In this document: piece after piece, positions 1 to 7,781 of the stretch
Layout of the letters: each line of letters opens with the position of its first letter
How positions within the stretch are numbered: position 1 is the first letter of the stretch
Virus record (IMG/VR): IMGVR_UViG_3300031974_001836
DNA length: 64,000 nucleotides
DNA from: an uncultured virus (IMG/VR IMGVR_UViG_3300031974_001836)
Taxonomy: Duplodnaviria > Heunggongvirae > Uroviricota > Caudoviricetes
Reading direction: 5' to 3' (one strand)
Notes under the pieces: model-generated
Database searches by the model: none
What the model was told of the DNA's origin: nothing
What the model saw: only the letters and a program-made list of their open reading frames with translations
Translations under genes and position numbers: made by a program

Positions 1-59
1 TAGTAAGCGTTGCATAATATAAGAGTCCTCTCAATACTCTATTTCAAGTTTCGAGAAGA

Positions 60-89
60 AGTATACTACATTATGCTAGGGGTTGTCAA
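60..89 (-). promoter_or_regulatory. sigma70-like early promoter for a gene left of the window
   Basis: Minus strand TTGACA-N18-TATACT. Confidence 0.6.
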
Positions 90-93
90 GAAA

Positions 94-696
94 TTATCGA
101 ATTTTTTTTCCTGGTGTTCCCATCATGACTTTGAACAACATAGTTCCACCAAAGTCTCGTAGGTACCCATAGTCAATCAAATAAGGATATTTCTCAAGGG
201 TCAACTTAGCGTCTTTCGGCAGTTCACCTTTGTAACCTTTGATAGGAATTATCTTGTCTTTAGGGTCTAGTGCTTGAACATCTTTAGGGAGAATTAGAAA
301 CTGTTTGATCACGTCTGGTGGAGTCACCTTCAGTGCAGTACCAAGTGCCGCCTTACTCTTCTCCCCATAGGAACGTTTTAGTTCGTTCGCCATCATGTTC
401 TTGATTCGCATCTTACCTTCGTCAGAACCATCGGTTGCAGACGCGACAGACTTTCGTCCACCCTTGTCTTTGTAGATAGTAACTGCAACAGGCTTACCTT
501 TGACCGTCCCGATTTTCCAGAACGGTAGAGACATCATTGCTTCTTTGCTTTGAAAACCGTTACTCTTGATACCACCGATCGGGGCATATGACTTCTGTAT
601 CATATCCCATACGGCATCAACGTATTGCGATTTCTTAGGATCGTCGTGGATTAGGTTGACGAACCCTTCGTTCAAATATCCCTTAAATGTCAGCAA
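94..696 (-). CDS. hypothetical protein, possibly a head-internal protein
   Basis: ORF 94..801. The likely start is TTG at 696, giving MLTFKGYLNE, which resembles the MKTFKEF-type leader of T4-like internal head proteins. A late promoter TATAAATA lies at 817-824. Confidence 0.55.
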   Translation of the reverse strand: MLTFKGYLNEGFVNLIHDDPKKSQYVDAVWDMIQKSYAPIGGIKSNGFQSKEAMMSLPFWKIGTVKGKPVAVTIYKDKGGRKSVASATDGSDEGKMRIKNMMANELKRSYGEKSKAALGTALKVTPPDVIKQFLILPKDVQALDPKDKIIPIKGYKGELPKDAKLTLEKYPYLIDYGYLRDFGGTMLFKVMMGTPGKKIR

Positions 697-1255
697 GTCC
701 GTAAACCTCTTCAGCAACGTCATAGAATCGTCGTATTTCAGCGATCGCTTCAGATAGGTTAGTGAATCGATGACCGCCAGTCTCATACGCCCGAACATCA
801 TAGTGTTCAGAATAACTATTTATAGTTTCTTGCGCGTCAATAACGTCATCGTCCATCGCAACAAGCATAAGTCCGTATCCACCGACAGGTAACTCAGGGA
901 ATGCGCTGACAGTTTGCCAAGTCAGTTCGTAATCACGACCATAGTAATCAGTCCCAACACCGACTCGTTCCATAAGAGTCTCGTGGGGTCGAATAGCGGG
1001 ATTGATCGCAACGAAAGGAATGCCGAGTTCAGCACCTAGATGACTAACACCATAACCACCCATAGAAGTGCCGACAAGAAGGTCGGGTTGATATTCACTG
1101 ATCTCTTCGGTAAGTTGGTCGAAGACTTGTCGGTGCCCGTCTGCCCATGTCACAGTAACACCATGAACTTCACCCAACTCAGACAATGCTCGAACCTTGT
1201 CACTAGTAGGGTCAAACTCAGAACCCCAACCGTGGACATAGAATATCTTGATCAC
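683..1255 (-). CDS. YqiA/YcfP-family alpha/beta hydrolase (esterase)
   Basis: HGWGS, nucleophile elbow GTSMGG, INPA, DDVID and GGHRF motifs. Confidence 0.85.
   Translation of the reverse strand: MIKIFYVHGWGSEFDPTSDKVRALSELGEVHGVTVTWADGHRQVFDQLTEEISEYQPDLLVGTSMGGYGVSHLGAELGIPFVAINPAIRPHETLMERVGVGTDYYGRDYELTWQTVSAFPELPVGGYGLMLVAMDDDVIDAQETINSYSEHYDVRAYETGGHRFTNLSEAIAEIRRFYDVAEEVYGLADI
817..824 (-). promoter_or_regulatory. T4-type late promoter
   Basis: TATAAATA on the minus strand, inside the esterase gene and upstream of the 94..696 gene. Confidence 0.5.
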
Positions 1256-1285
1256 TTGAAACCTCTATCACACATTTCGAAAACA

Positions 1286-1314
1286 AGTATACTATAATGA
1301 TAGGTGTGTGTCAA
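1286..1314 (-). promoter_or_regulatory. sigma70-like promoter
   Basis: TTGACA-N17-TATACT upstream of the esterase. Confidence 0.7.
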
Positions 1315-1343
1315 GTGTGAATATTACACTTTTTGAAAATAAA

Positions 1344-1431
1344 TGGCCGAAGGGGTGGGATTCGAACCCACGGACGGTTTCCCGTCGACGGTTTTCAAGA
1401 CCGTTGGTTTCGACCACTCACCCACCCTTCG
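1344..1431 (-). tRNA. tRNA-Ser(UGA)
   Basis: Cloverleaf with acceptor CGAAGGG/CCCTTCG, anticodon arm ACGGT-CTTGAAA-ACCGT, long variable arm, GTTCGAATC T-loop and encoded CCA. Confidence 0.95.
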
Positions 1432-1657
1432 GATTTCGATAAAACTTCCGTGACACAGAGTCCCACTCTTGTGGACTTGCTTCATCAATAGACTGTCTTG
1501 GTTTCGGATCTGCAAGATCCGTTGTGTCCGGTTCACGCAACTGGTTAGGGTGCTCTGGTGGAGTCAACCTATCAGTTGCTTCTTTCAGTGCCTCGAAGCA
1601 CTGACTCAGTTCTCGAATGCTCTGTTGCATTCTTTCTAACTCTCTAACAAAACTCAT
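1418..1657 (-). CDS. hypothetical protein
   Basis: ATG at 1657 (MSFVRELERM) with GAGG SD; the 3' end overlaps the 5' end of tRNA-Ser. Confidence 0.55.
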   Translation of the reverse strand: MSFVRELERMQQSIRELSQCFEALKEATDRLTPPEHPNQLREPDTTDLADPKPRQSIDEASPQEWDSVSRKFYRNPKGG

Positions 1658-1672
1658 ACTATCCTCACTGTA

Positions 1673-1747
1673 TGGCTGGGGTGGATGGATTCGAACCACC
1701 GAATGTCGGGATCAAAACCCGATGCCTTGCCACTTGGCGACACCCCA
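1673..1747 (-). tRNA. tRNA-Gln(UUG)
   Basis: TGGGGTG...TCGGG-TTTTGAT-CCCGA...GTTCGAATCC...CACCCCA-G-CCA. Confidence 0.95.
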
Positions 1748-1754
1748 AATATTC

Positions 1755-1831
1755 TGGCACGGGTGATAGGAGTCGAACCTATGACCTTCGGTTTCGTAGA
1801 CCGACGCTCTATCCATCTGAGCTACACCCGC
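1755..1831 (-). tRNA. tRNA-Arg(ACG)
   Basis: GCGGGTG TAGCTCAG...TCGGT-CTACGAA-ACCGA...CACCCGT-G-CCA. Confidence 0.95.
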
Positions 1832-1848
1832 ACAGTTCTCCTGCCTCC

Positions 1849-1939
1849 GGTACCACTCGTTCGTTGTTTTGAGAGAGGAACGAGACTCTCTGCTCTTCTG
1901 GGCACCACTCATTCAGTTATTTAACCAGGGGAATGAGAC
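1849..1939 (-). ncRNA. candidate tandem structured RNA (two covarying hairpin units)
   Basis: Two units GTCTCRTTCC-loop-GAAYGAGTGGTRCC with a compensatory G-C/A-T change in the stem. Confidence 0.5.
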
Positions 1940-1940
1940 C

Positions 1941-2315
1941 CTAAGTCAGTTCATCTTCACTGATATACCGATTGCGGTACGTCATGATGAATGCACCTAT
2001 ACTTAGCAAAACAATACCACCTGCTTCGAAGAGGATAATCGACGGATCGAACTCCTTACTCTGCAAGATGATCATACGACTCAGTGCAGTAGTCGCAATG
2101 ATGATGGGTAGAGTTGCTGGGATACGATGACTCCGATAGAAGATCGCAACCATGCCCACAACCTCTGCATAGATGAACAGCAGCAGGAGATCGGTTAGTG
2201 CGACGGTCTGTGCAAGAATCAATTTGTAAACCTCTTCTCCAACAGCAAACACCGTTGCAAAAACAATAGCACTCAGAATTAATTTTTCAAACAGATCAAA
2301 GAACCTTGTCATCAC
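1941..2315 (-). CDS. psiE: phosphate-starvation-inducible PsiE family membrane protein
   Basis: Four hydrophobic segments and the LLLLFIYAEVVGM...PIIIATTALSRMIIL signature. Confidence 0.8.
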   Translation of the reverse strand: MMTRFFDLFEKLILSAIVFATVFAVGEEVYKLILAQTVALTDLLLLFIYAEVVGMVAIFYRSHRIPATLPIIIATTALSRMIILQSKEFDPSIILFEAGGIVLLSIGAFIMTYRNRYISEDELT

Positions 2316-2563
2316 AGGATACCTTTACCGTTTGCCAATTCCCACGACCGTATGATGTTACGAAGGACGACTGCTAACATCGAGTTAAGATCCATGCTCT
2401 TCTGATTGAAGTACTCTGCCATTAACTCTTGTGCTTCGGTGAAAGATAGATCTTCGACTCGAAGGACACCATACGTCTCACATATGTGCCATTCGAGATA
2501 TGTCTGTAGTGACTCTTGCACCACCTTTGCAATCTCATCTGCTCTTGGCATTTTAAAGCTCAT
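2312..2563 (-). CDS. hypothetical protein
   Basis: 83 aa ORF packed against its neighbours. Confidence 0.6.
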   Translation of the reverse strand: MSFKMPRADEIAKVVQESLQTYLEWHICETYGVLRVEDLSFTEAQELMAEYFNQKSMDLNSMLAVVLRNIIRSWELANGKGIL

Positions 2564-2723
2564 ACCTGAACCTCTCTGCTATAATTTCCACATACCCTGT
2601 ATGTGTAAGGTTAGTTGGAATGCCAAAGGTCTCGCAGTATTTCTCACATGCTTCTACTTGATCTGAAGCAGATATAAGACCCATGAACTCTCCGTTAATG
2701 TAAATCTTCCAAAGACCTATCAT
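2553..2723 (-). CDS. small hypothetical protein (56 aa, MIGLWKIYING)
   Basis: Hand-translated; ATGA overlap with the upstream small ORF, of which it is a likely paralog. Confidence 0.6.
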   Translation of the reverse strand: MIGLWKIYINGEFMGLISASDQVEACEKYCETFGIPTNLTHTGYVEIIAERFRYEL

Positions 2724-2881
2724 GCTTTCTTTGCGAAGATGTCTTCAAACGAAAGACCGGAGTACTTGCTCGAACTCCTAGAGTGTGTGTTATACCACCT
2801 TTCTCTCGCACCGTACTCTGTCAATGAGTAGGTGAGACCTACTTGCATACCTTTGTAAAAAATCTTCCACTCGTGTATCAT
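2720..2881 (-). CDS. small hypothetical protein (53 aa, MIHEWKIFYKG)
   Basis: Hand-translated; GAGG SD upstream. Confidence 0.6.
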   Translation of the reverse strand: MIHEWKIFYKGMQVGLTYSLTEYGARERWYNTHSRSSSKYSGLSFEDIFAKKA

Positions 2882-2901
2882 AACATTTCCTCAAAACAAA
2901 A

Positions 2902-2969
2902 GAGCAGTTTTTCTCTTACTCAGGAGACGGGCGTAACGACCAGAGTGAGTTTAGAGTCATCTCAGGACT
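2902..2969 (-). ncRNA. candidate tandem H-type pseudoknot RNA motif
   Basis: AGTC-CTGAG-AT-GACT-CTAAA-CTCA and TCTC-CTGAGTAA-GAGA-AAAA-CTGCTC. Confidence 0.5.
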
Positions 2970-2974
2970 AACTC

Positions 2975-3172
2975 TTAATCGAGAGTAATTTCCTCTCGTT
3001 TTTTCTTGGCACCTTGACGAAGACCAAGGTAGGTTTCGAGAATCTCGACCTCCTTGTCCTTACGTTTCTGCCATTGTGCTTCGGTACGTCCGTTCTTCTC
3101 AAAGAACTGTGACGATTGAAGACGTTCAAGTGCACCTTCACGGCGACGTTTGATTTCTGCTTTACCTCGCAT
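2975..3172 (-). CDS. small basic hypothetical protein
   Basis: 65 aa ORF with GAGG SD. Confidence 0.6.
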   Translation of the reverse strand: MRGKAEIKRRREGALERLQSSQFFEKNGRTEAQWQKRKDKEVEILETYLGLRQGAKKKREEITLD

Positions 3173-3173
3173 A

Positions 3174-3380
3174 TCAATCCTCTTGCTTTAGTGGTTCAAG
3201 TTCCTCATAGAGGACACACCACGTTTGAACCTTTTCCTGATCGGCACATATTAAAGTGCCGTACATAGGAACACACTTTTCTCGAACTACTACTCGTGAG
3301 TCCCAGTCAAGACAGATACGATCGTCTTTCTCTGGAACTGCACATCCGGTGATCAATGCTGCAGGAATAATCCATTTCAT
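3174..3380 (-). CDS. Cys-rich lipoprotein
   Basis: Signal peptide with ITGC lipobox plus four further Cys. Confidence 0.7.
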   Translation of the reverse strand: MKWIIPAALITGCAVPEKDDRICLDWDSRVVVREKCVPMYGTLICADQEKVQTWCVLYEELEPLKQED

Positions 3381-3595
3381 GGTTTACCCTCCGGCCATTC
3401 CCAACGAACACACGATACTCGTGGGACATATTCGACTACGCAGATTTGCGGTGCAACACCACGTCCTCCGACGCACTCTTCTCTCTCCTGCATGTACGTA
3501 ACGTACTTGAGACAGAGACCTTTATCCACTTTTTCATCACCTATTGTACTACAACCTGATACTACTGTCAATAACACTGCTAAAAGAAATCTCAT
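3377..3595 (-). CDS. Cys-rich lipoprotein (paralog of 3174..3380)
   Basis: Start MRFLLAVLLTVVSGC at 3595; similar Cys pattern. Confidence 0.7.
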   Translation of the reverse strand: MRFLLAVLLTVVSGCSTIGDEKVDKGLCLKYVTYMQEREECVGGRGVAPQICVVEYVPRVSCVRWEWPEGKP

Positions 3596-3611
3596 AATTT
3601 TCTCTCGGAGT

Positions 3612-3688
3612 TGGCGGAACGGACGGGACTCGAACCCGCGACCCCCTGCGTGACAGGCAGGTATTCTAACCAACTGAACTACCGTTCC
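3612..3688 (-). tRNA. tRNA-Asp(GUC)
   Basis: GGAACGG...CCTGC-CTGTCAC-GCAGG...CCGTTCC-G-CCA. Confidence 0.95.
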
Positions 3689-3690
3689 AA

Positions 3691-4068
3691 TTAAGGTTTG
3701 AGGCCTTCTTTACCTCTATGGTATCTCCCCCATATGCAGTGTGCAACTTCGTGTCCAATCAACTCAGGTTCCCACTGCCACTCGGGATCCTTTATGAACA
3801 CGGTGCACTCACCGGTCTCTGGTATCCAGAGAGTAAACGCACTCACTGAATCCCATGCTACTCCAAGATTCTGTCGTCTTGCTGAGTTGTATTCGGCTTC
3901 GTTTTTGAGTAAAACAAAATGAACTTGTGGATGCAAGTTCTCGTATTCCTTTTCTAGGAACTTATAATCGTCCGCACCGTAACGGTACGCATTGTTGACC
4001 CCTACTCCGGCACAACCAGAGAGGATTAAACTAATCGCTATCGTGAACGTGTAATTGAATAAGTGCAT
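3691..4068 (-). CDS. lipoprotein with HExxH zinc-metallopeptidase motif
   Basis: LSGC lipobox and GHEVAHC motif; exact start uncertain. Confidence 0.65.
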   Translation of the reverse strand: MHLFNYTFTIAISLILSGCAGVGVNNAYRYGADDYKFLEKEYENLHPQVHFVLLKNEAEYNSARRQNLGVAWDSVSAFTLWIPETGECTVFIKDPEWQWEPELIGHEVAHCIWGRYHRGKEGLKP

Positions 4069-4318
4069 AGTGGAGTACCTTTAGTAAGTCCTTTCTCGCA
4101 TCGTCACGTGTCCCCTTCTTTCCGTAACGTTGTGCGTATTTTAAAACATTACCGATACAGAATCCTGTACCGTGCCCCCCATCAATAATAAATTCGGTTG
4201 CCTGAAACTTTTCTTTGGCATAGTGTTGGTTATATGTAGAGTCGATATAACTCGCAAATTCTGCGATCAACTTATCCTCGTTGAACTTGTAGTCGATCTT
4301 TCCCTTCTTCGTCATCAC
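4031..4318 (-). CDS. DUF3310-like phage protein
   Basis: HY...GFCIGNVLKYAQRYGKK...DLLKVLHY pattern. Confidence 0.75.
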   Translation of the reverse strand: MMTKKGKIDYKFNEDKLIAEFASYIDSTYNQHYAKEKFQATEFIIDGGHGTGFCIGNVLKYAQRYGKKGTRDDARKDLLKVLHYALIQLHVHDSD

Positions 4319-4434
4319 TTATTCCTAAAACGTGTTTCGCATAGTCTAAATCGTTTTGCAACCACTGAGGTAATCGTTTGTGGTCACGGTATGTGTAGTA
4401 AACCCAAGTTGCTATATGAGTTTTGCGGTCCATT

Positions 4435-4740
4435 CTACCACTCTCGCAGTATGGTTGTCAAGATCATAAACCCAGAGATTGCATTGAGCATGATCAGTGC
4501 ACGATCTTTCCAGATGACTGATACCCACGTCCACAGAATGATACCCATGAATCCTATCACGAGATCATACATGCGGTACTCTGGGCCTGCGGAACGCATC
4601 GCAAGAGATGCGAGGACTAGAATAGATGCGACCCACTTGAGGTACCAATCGAAATCTTCGGGGTACCACTCACGGTCTGGTTTGTTGCGACCATCCGCAC
4701 GGACCATTGGGTCACCACGTCCTTTCTTCGGGGGCATCAA
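4435..4740 (-). CDS. small three-TM membrane protein
   Basis: Hydrophobic segments with KWVAS...WKDRALIMLN. Confidence 0.7.
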   Translation of the reverse strand: MMPPKKGRGDPMVRADGRNKPDREWYPEDFDWYLKWVASILVLASLAMRSAGPEYRMYDLVIGFMGIILWTWVSVIWKDRALIMLNAISGFMILTTILREW

Positions 4741-5090
4741 GACTTACTCCCGATAGTGCGACGAACGATGTCGTTGTGGTTAAACTCTGCCCAGTATAAC
4801 TCGAATGCGACTCCGTCTTTAAGTCCTTCGAACTGGTGAATCTTACCAGGTTTGACTTGAGTGAAGTCACCCGCATTGAGAATAGTTTCATCGACAAGAC
4901 CGTCTTGGTCGTCTTGCCATACACGCACGATCATCTGACCGGACTCTACAAAGAATCCGTTCCACTTATACTGGTGGAGATGCTCAGAACACTTGAAACC
5001 TTTCTTGTACTCGATACGGTGAAACTCCAACACACCATTTGCGTGTATGAGTTCTGTCTGTCCCCAAATCTTTCCGGCCTTCATGGTCAT
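4737..5090 (-). CDS. cupin-domain protein
   Basis: KIWG...CSEHLHQYKWNGFFVESG...PGKIHQF cupin motifs. Confidence 0.8.
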   Translation of the reverse strand: MTMKAGKIWGQTELIHANGVLEFHRIEYKKGFKCSEHLHQYKWNGFFVESGQMIVRVWQDDQDGLVDETILNAGDFTQVKPGKIHQFEGLKDGVAFELYWAEFNHNDIVRRTIGSKS

Positions 5091-5116
5091 TATCTTCTCA
5101 CTGGTTCATTATAAAT

Positions 5117-5201
5117 TGGTGCGAAAGGAGAGACTCGAACTCTCACGCCTTGCGGCACTGGTACCTAAAACCAGCGTGTCTACCAATTCCACCACTCTCG
5201 C
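5117..5201 (-). tRNA. tRNA-Leu(UAG)
   Basis: GCGAGAG...CTGGT-TTTAGGT-ACCAG, long variable arm, A-CCA end. Confidence 0.95.
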
Positions 5202-5205
5202 AATG

Positions 5206-5281
5206 TGGCTGGTGAGGCAGGGCTCGAACCTGCGACAACATGATTAACAGTCATGCGTTCTACCAACTGAACTACTCACCA
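5206..5281 (-). tRNA. tRNA-Asn(GUU)
   Basis: TGGTGAG...CATGA-CTGTTAA-TCATG...CTCACCA-G-CCA. Confidence 0.95.
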
Positions 5282-5360
5282 AAAATCTTAACATAACCTT
5301 TACATAAAATTAATGTAACGTATATATAATATAGCAGTAACAAAACTGTCATATTATTAA

Positions 5361-5395
5361 TTGCCGTGAGGCAACAAAAGTCGTCGTGAGACGAC
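5361..5395 (+). promoter_or_regulatory. twin GUGA-tetraloop hairpins abutting the SD
   Basis: TTGCC-GTGA-GGCAA and GTCGTC-GTGA-GACGAC immediately before AGGAG. Confidence 0.6.
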
Positions 5396-5407
5396 AGGAG
5401 AAAGCAA

Positions 5408-5692
5408 ATGAAATACCTAATCGCATTGGTGTTATGTATCTTCGCACCAACGGCACTTGCAAACTCAGTTACAATCTGTAAGGATGATCAACTACTTATA
5501 TCCTCAGATAGTGTGCAAATTATATCAAAAGACCATGAGACTGTCAAGCTGTCTCTGGACTGTGATTTGAATATTTCACCAGACTCTAAAGTCGTGGTGA
5601 AGAACCACGGTCGTCGAATCGTCGAAGACCGTAGCATTGTGATTGAAGTAGACGATAAGAGATCTCGTTGTGAGGTTCAACAAATCGTCTAA
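5408..5692 (+). CDS. secreted/periplasmic hypothetical protein
   Basis: AGGAG SD and Sec signal peptide MKYLIALVLCIFAPTALA; the only convincing plus-strand gene. Confidence 0.75.
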   Translation: MKYLIALVLCIFAPTALANSVTICKDDQLLISSDSVQIISKDHETVKLSLDCDLNISPDSKVVVKNHGRRIVEDRSIVIEVDDKRSRCEVQQIV

Positions 5693-5696
5693 TCTT

Positions 5697-6290
5697 TTAT
5701 GCCACCTCTTCTCCTTGTGGTATCGCATTGCGCAAATACCCAAGTAGGTTTTCAGGGGTGGTCATCTCATACGGATCATCATCCGCATTGTCACGGATAC
5801 TTGCTTCACGGAACAATGCCTCGATCACACCATCGGTGACGACCATTGCATATCTCCAAGAACGGTATCCGAATCCTAAATTGTCTTTGTCGACAAGCAT
5901 TCCCATCGCACGTGTAAAGTGACCAGAACCATCTGGGATCACCTTGACCCTCTTAAGTTCTTGCTCTCGTGCCCATGCGTTCATCACGAACGAATCGTTT
6001 ACCGACATGCAATAGATGTCGTCAATACCAAGATCGACAAACTGGTCGAACTTTTCTTCGAACGTAGGTAACTGCATGGTCGAACAGGTAGGGGTGAATG
6101 CCCCTGGTAAAGAGAAGATTACTACACGTCGACCCTTTGTGTAGTCTTCCATCGTGGTCTCTTCCCATCGGTATGGGTTAGGTCCACCAATACTTTCATC
6201 ACGTACTCGTGTCTGAAACGTTGCTTCGGGCAACGTATCGCCTACTTTCATTCCGGTGATTTTCATCCACCGATTATCATTATCTGTCAT
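5697..6290 (-). CDS. peroxiredoxin (Prx5-like)
   Basis: FSLPGAFTPTCS, SVNDSFVMNAW and RSWRYAMVV; start at 6290 via TGATG coupling and GGAGG SD. Confidence 0.92.
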   Translation of the reverse strand: MTDNDNRWMKITGMKVGDTLPEATFQTRVRDESIGGPNPYRWEETTMEDYTKGRRVVIFSLPGAFTPTCSTMQLPTFEEKFDQFVDLGIDDIYCMSVNDSFVMNAWAREQELKRVKVIPDGSGHFTRAMGMLVDKDNLGFGYRSWRYAMVVTDGVIEALFREASIRDNADDDPYEMTTPENLLGYLRNAIPQGEEVA

Positions 6291-6667
6291 CAATCCTCCA
6301 TCTCTGACAAATCTATGACCCCATTGTGAAGCCACTTCTCTTCGAGTTGAGTTAACTTCTCGTTCTCGTATTGTCTTGCCTCGATCTCATCAGGGTGGTT
6401 CTGATACCCCTTGATAAGATTCAACCAGACGTACCTCACGTAAAATTTGATAACCCCCATGCGTTTGATCTGGTAGCAGTGTTGCAACTCATGTCGATAC
6501 AACTTAACGAGTGAACGTCGTGTCATCATCTCCGACTGTGCAACTGATCCTGTTGCATATTTCTTTGGTCGCATGATGACATACGGCCATAGTACCACAC
6601 CACGGAATCGAGACTTCCAAGGGAAGATTGACTCGTTCTCTTCTCTGTACACTATCTTAAACTTCAT
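6290..6667 (-). CDS. HExxH metallopeptidase-like protein
   Basis: RHELQHCYQ...Y..HPDEIEAR. Confidence 0.7.
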   Translation of the reverse strand: MKFKIVYREENESIFPWKSRFRGVVLWPYVIMRPKKYATGSVAQSEMMTRRSLVKLYRHELQHCYQIKRMGVIKFYVRYVWLNLIKGYQNHPDEIEARQYENEKLTQLEEKWLHNGVIDLSEMED

Positions 6668-6819
6668 CCGAACTTTGCCCCTGAGTTGACCTTATCTTTC
6701 TTCGTCTTCCACGGCAGTTTGCCCGTGGACTGGTAATCACCGTAAACACCAGCAACAAAGAATAGAATCGGTGAAACCATTATGAGACCCAAGACAAACC
6801 ACATTGCGTAATAGTTCAT
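6664..6819 (-). CDS. small membrane protein (51 aa)
   Basis: Hand-translated MNYYAMWFVLGLIMVSPILFFVAG; ATGA overlaps on both sides. Confidence 0.55.
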   Translation of the reverse strand: MNYYAMWFVLGLIMVSPILFFVAGVYGDYQSTGKLPWKTKKDKVNSGAKFG

Positions 6820-6947
6820 TTCTGTTTCTCCCATCTATCTAGGGTTGCCTTATGTATGGACTTGTGTGAGTAGTACATCGTGATACCACCGAACACCATA
6901 GGACACAAGAAAACTGCGAGGAGACCTAACTCACCTAAATCGATCAT
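6816..6947 (-). CDS. small membrane protein (43 aa)
   Basis: Hand-translated MIDLGELGLLAVFLCPMVFGGITMYYSHK; fills the gap between genes. Confidence 0.5.
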   Translation of the reverse strand: MIDLGELGLLAVFLCPMVFGGITMYYSHKSIHKATLDRWEKQK

Positions 6948-7218
6948 AACCACTCATCACATCTGCGGCATCATCAACTGCCGACGGAGTACGACCAATA
7001 TCACCTACTACCTCAACGTATTCCGGTGTCGGTTCATCTTCTTCTTTCTGACCACACCAGTTACACTCGTAGCCCTTTGCGACATAGTGCTGTCCGTTGA
7101 ACATACACGAGTGACTCCACAACACCTGTCGCATGTTCTCCCAGAAACATTCGTTGAATGTTCTGTCCCATACATCGTTACCTGTTTTAGAAATAGGTGA
7201 TTCTGCTATATCCATCAT
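6931..7218 (-). CDS. hypothetical protein with CxxC
   Basis: 95 aa ORF containing HSC...CNWC. Confidence 0.6.
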   Translation of the reverse strand: MMDIAESPISKTGNDVWDRTFNECFWENMRQVLWSHSCMFNGQHYVAKGYECNWCGQKEEDEPTPEYVEVVGDIGRTPSAVDDAADVMSGYDRFR

Positions 7219-7781
7219 TCCACTCTCTTCAAAAGGGCAACACTGTTGTTGCCGTCCTTAGAATCGTAATCGAACACCTTCACCATCTCATAGGGGAAGT
7301 CGTCCTTGTTTAGGTAATGCTCTGTCAGTTCTATGACAACCTTGAACCACTTAGGGTGGTAATCATCGACCAAGATGTACGGCACTGCCGTACTATTACA
7401 TAGATTAAGATCTGAACTAACACCTTTTACACTGTGGTCTCCGTCAACAAATACTACGTCGTATCCTTTCATAGACGACGCAACAATCTTCTGGGAGTCG
7501 ACTTCTTGATAGGCAAACCTATCTCCGAACACCTCACTGAGTTTTTCAGCATTAACAGCACTGTACTTGTGCATACCAATATCTACAGAATGATACATCA
7601 CTTCGGGTAGGATTGTCAATGACATGTAGGCACTATGACCAGCATTAAATCCTATCTCAAAGACCTTAGACGGTTTTATGATGTCATAGATCTCTGTGAA
7701 TGTATCCACTGTCCTTGTGGTTGTTTGTAGATGACCTTCGACTTTCTTTAGTCCTTCGGTTAAAAAAGACGTGTCGATCAT
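7215..7781 (-). CDS. class I SAM-dependent methyltransferase (Methyltransf_24-like)
   Basis: FEIGFNAGHS, FVDGDHS and LVDDY. Confidence 0.85.
   Translation of the reverse strand: MIDTSFLTEGLKKVEGHLQTTTRTVDTFTEIYDIIKPSKVFEIGFNAGHSAYMSLTILPEVMYHSVDIGMHKYSAVNAEKLSEVFGDRFAYQEVDSQKIVASSMKGYDVVFVDGDHSVKGVSSDLNLCNSTAVPYILVDDYHPKWFKVVIELTEHYLNKDDFPYEMVKVFDYDSKDGNNSVALLKRVE

Noticed and set aside
1849..1860. GAGTGGTACC resembling a T-box core
   Set aside because: No stem I/specifier loop or terminator-antiterminator is visible; kept only as part of an unknown RNA motif.
1324..1924. ORFs 1324..1536, 1672..1872, 1685..1924 and 1712..1912
   Set aside because: They overlap tRNA genes and read through tRNA sequence.
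5361..5395. Twin hairpins as a guanidine-II (mini-ykkC) riboswitch
   Set aside because: The loops are GUGA, not the required ACGR.
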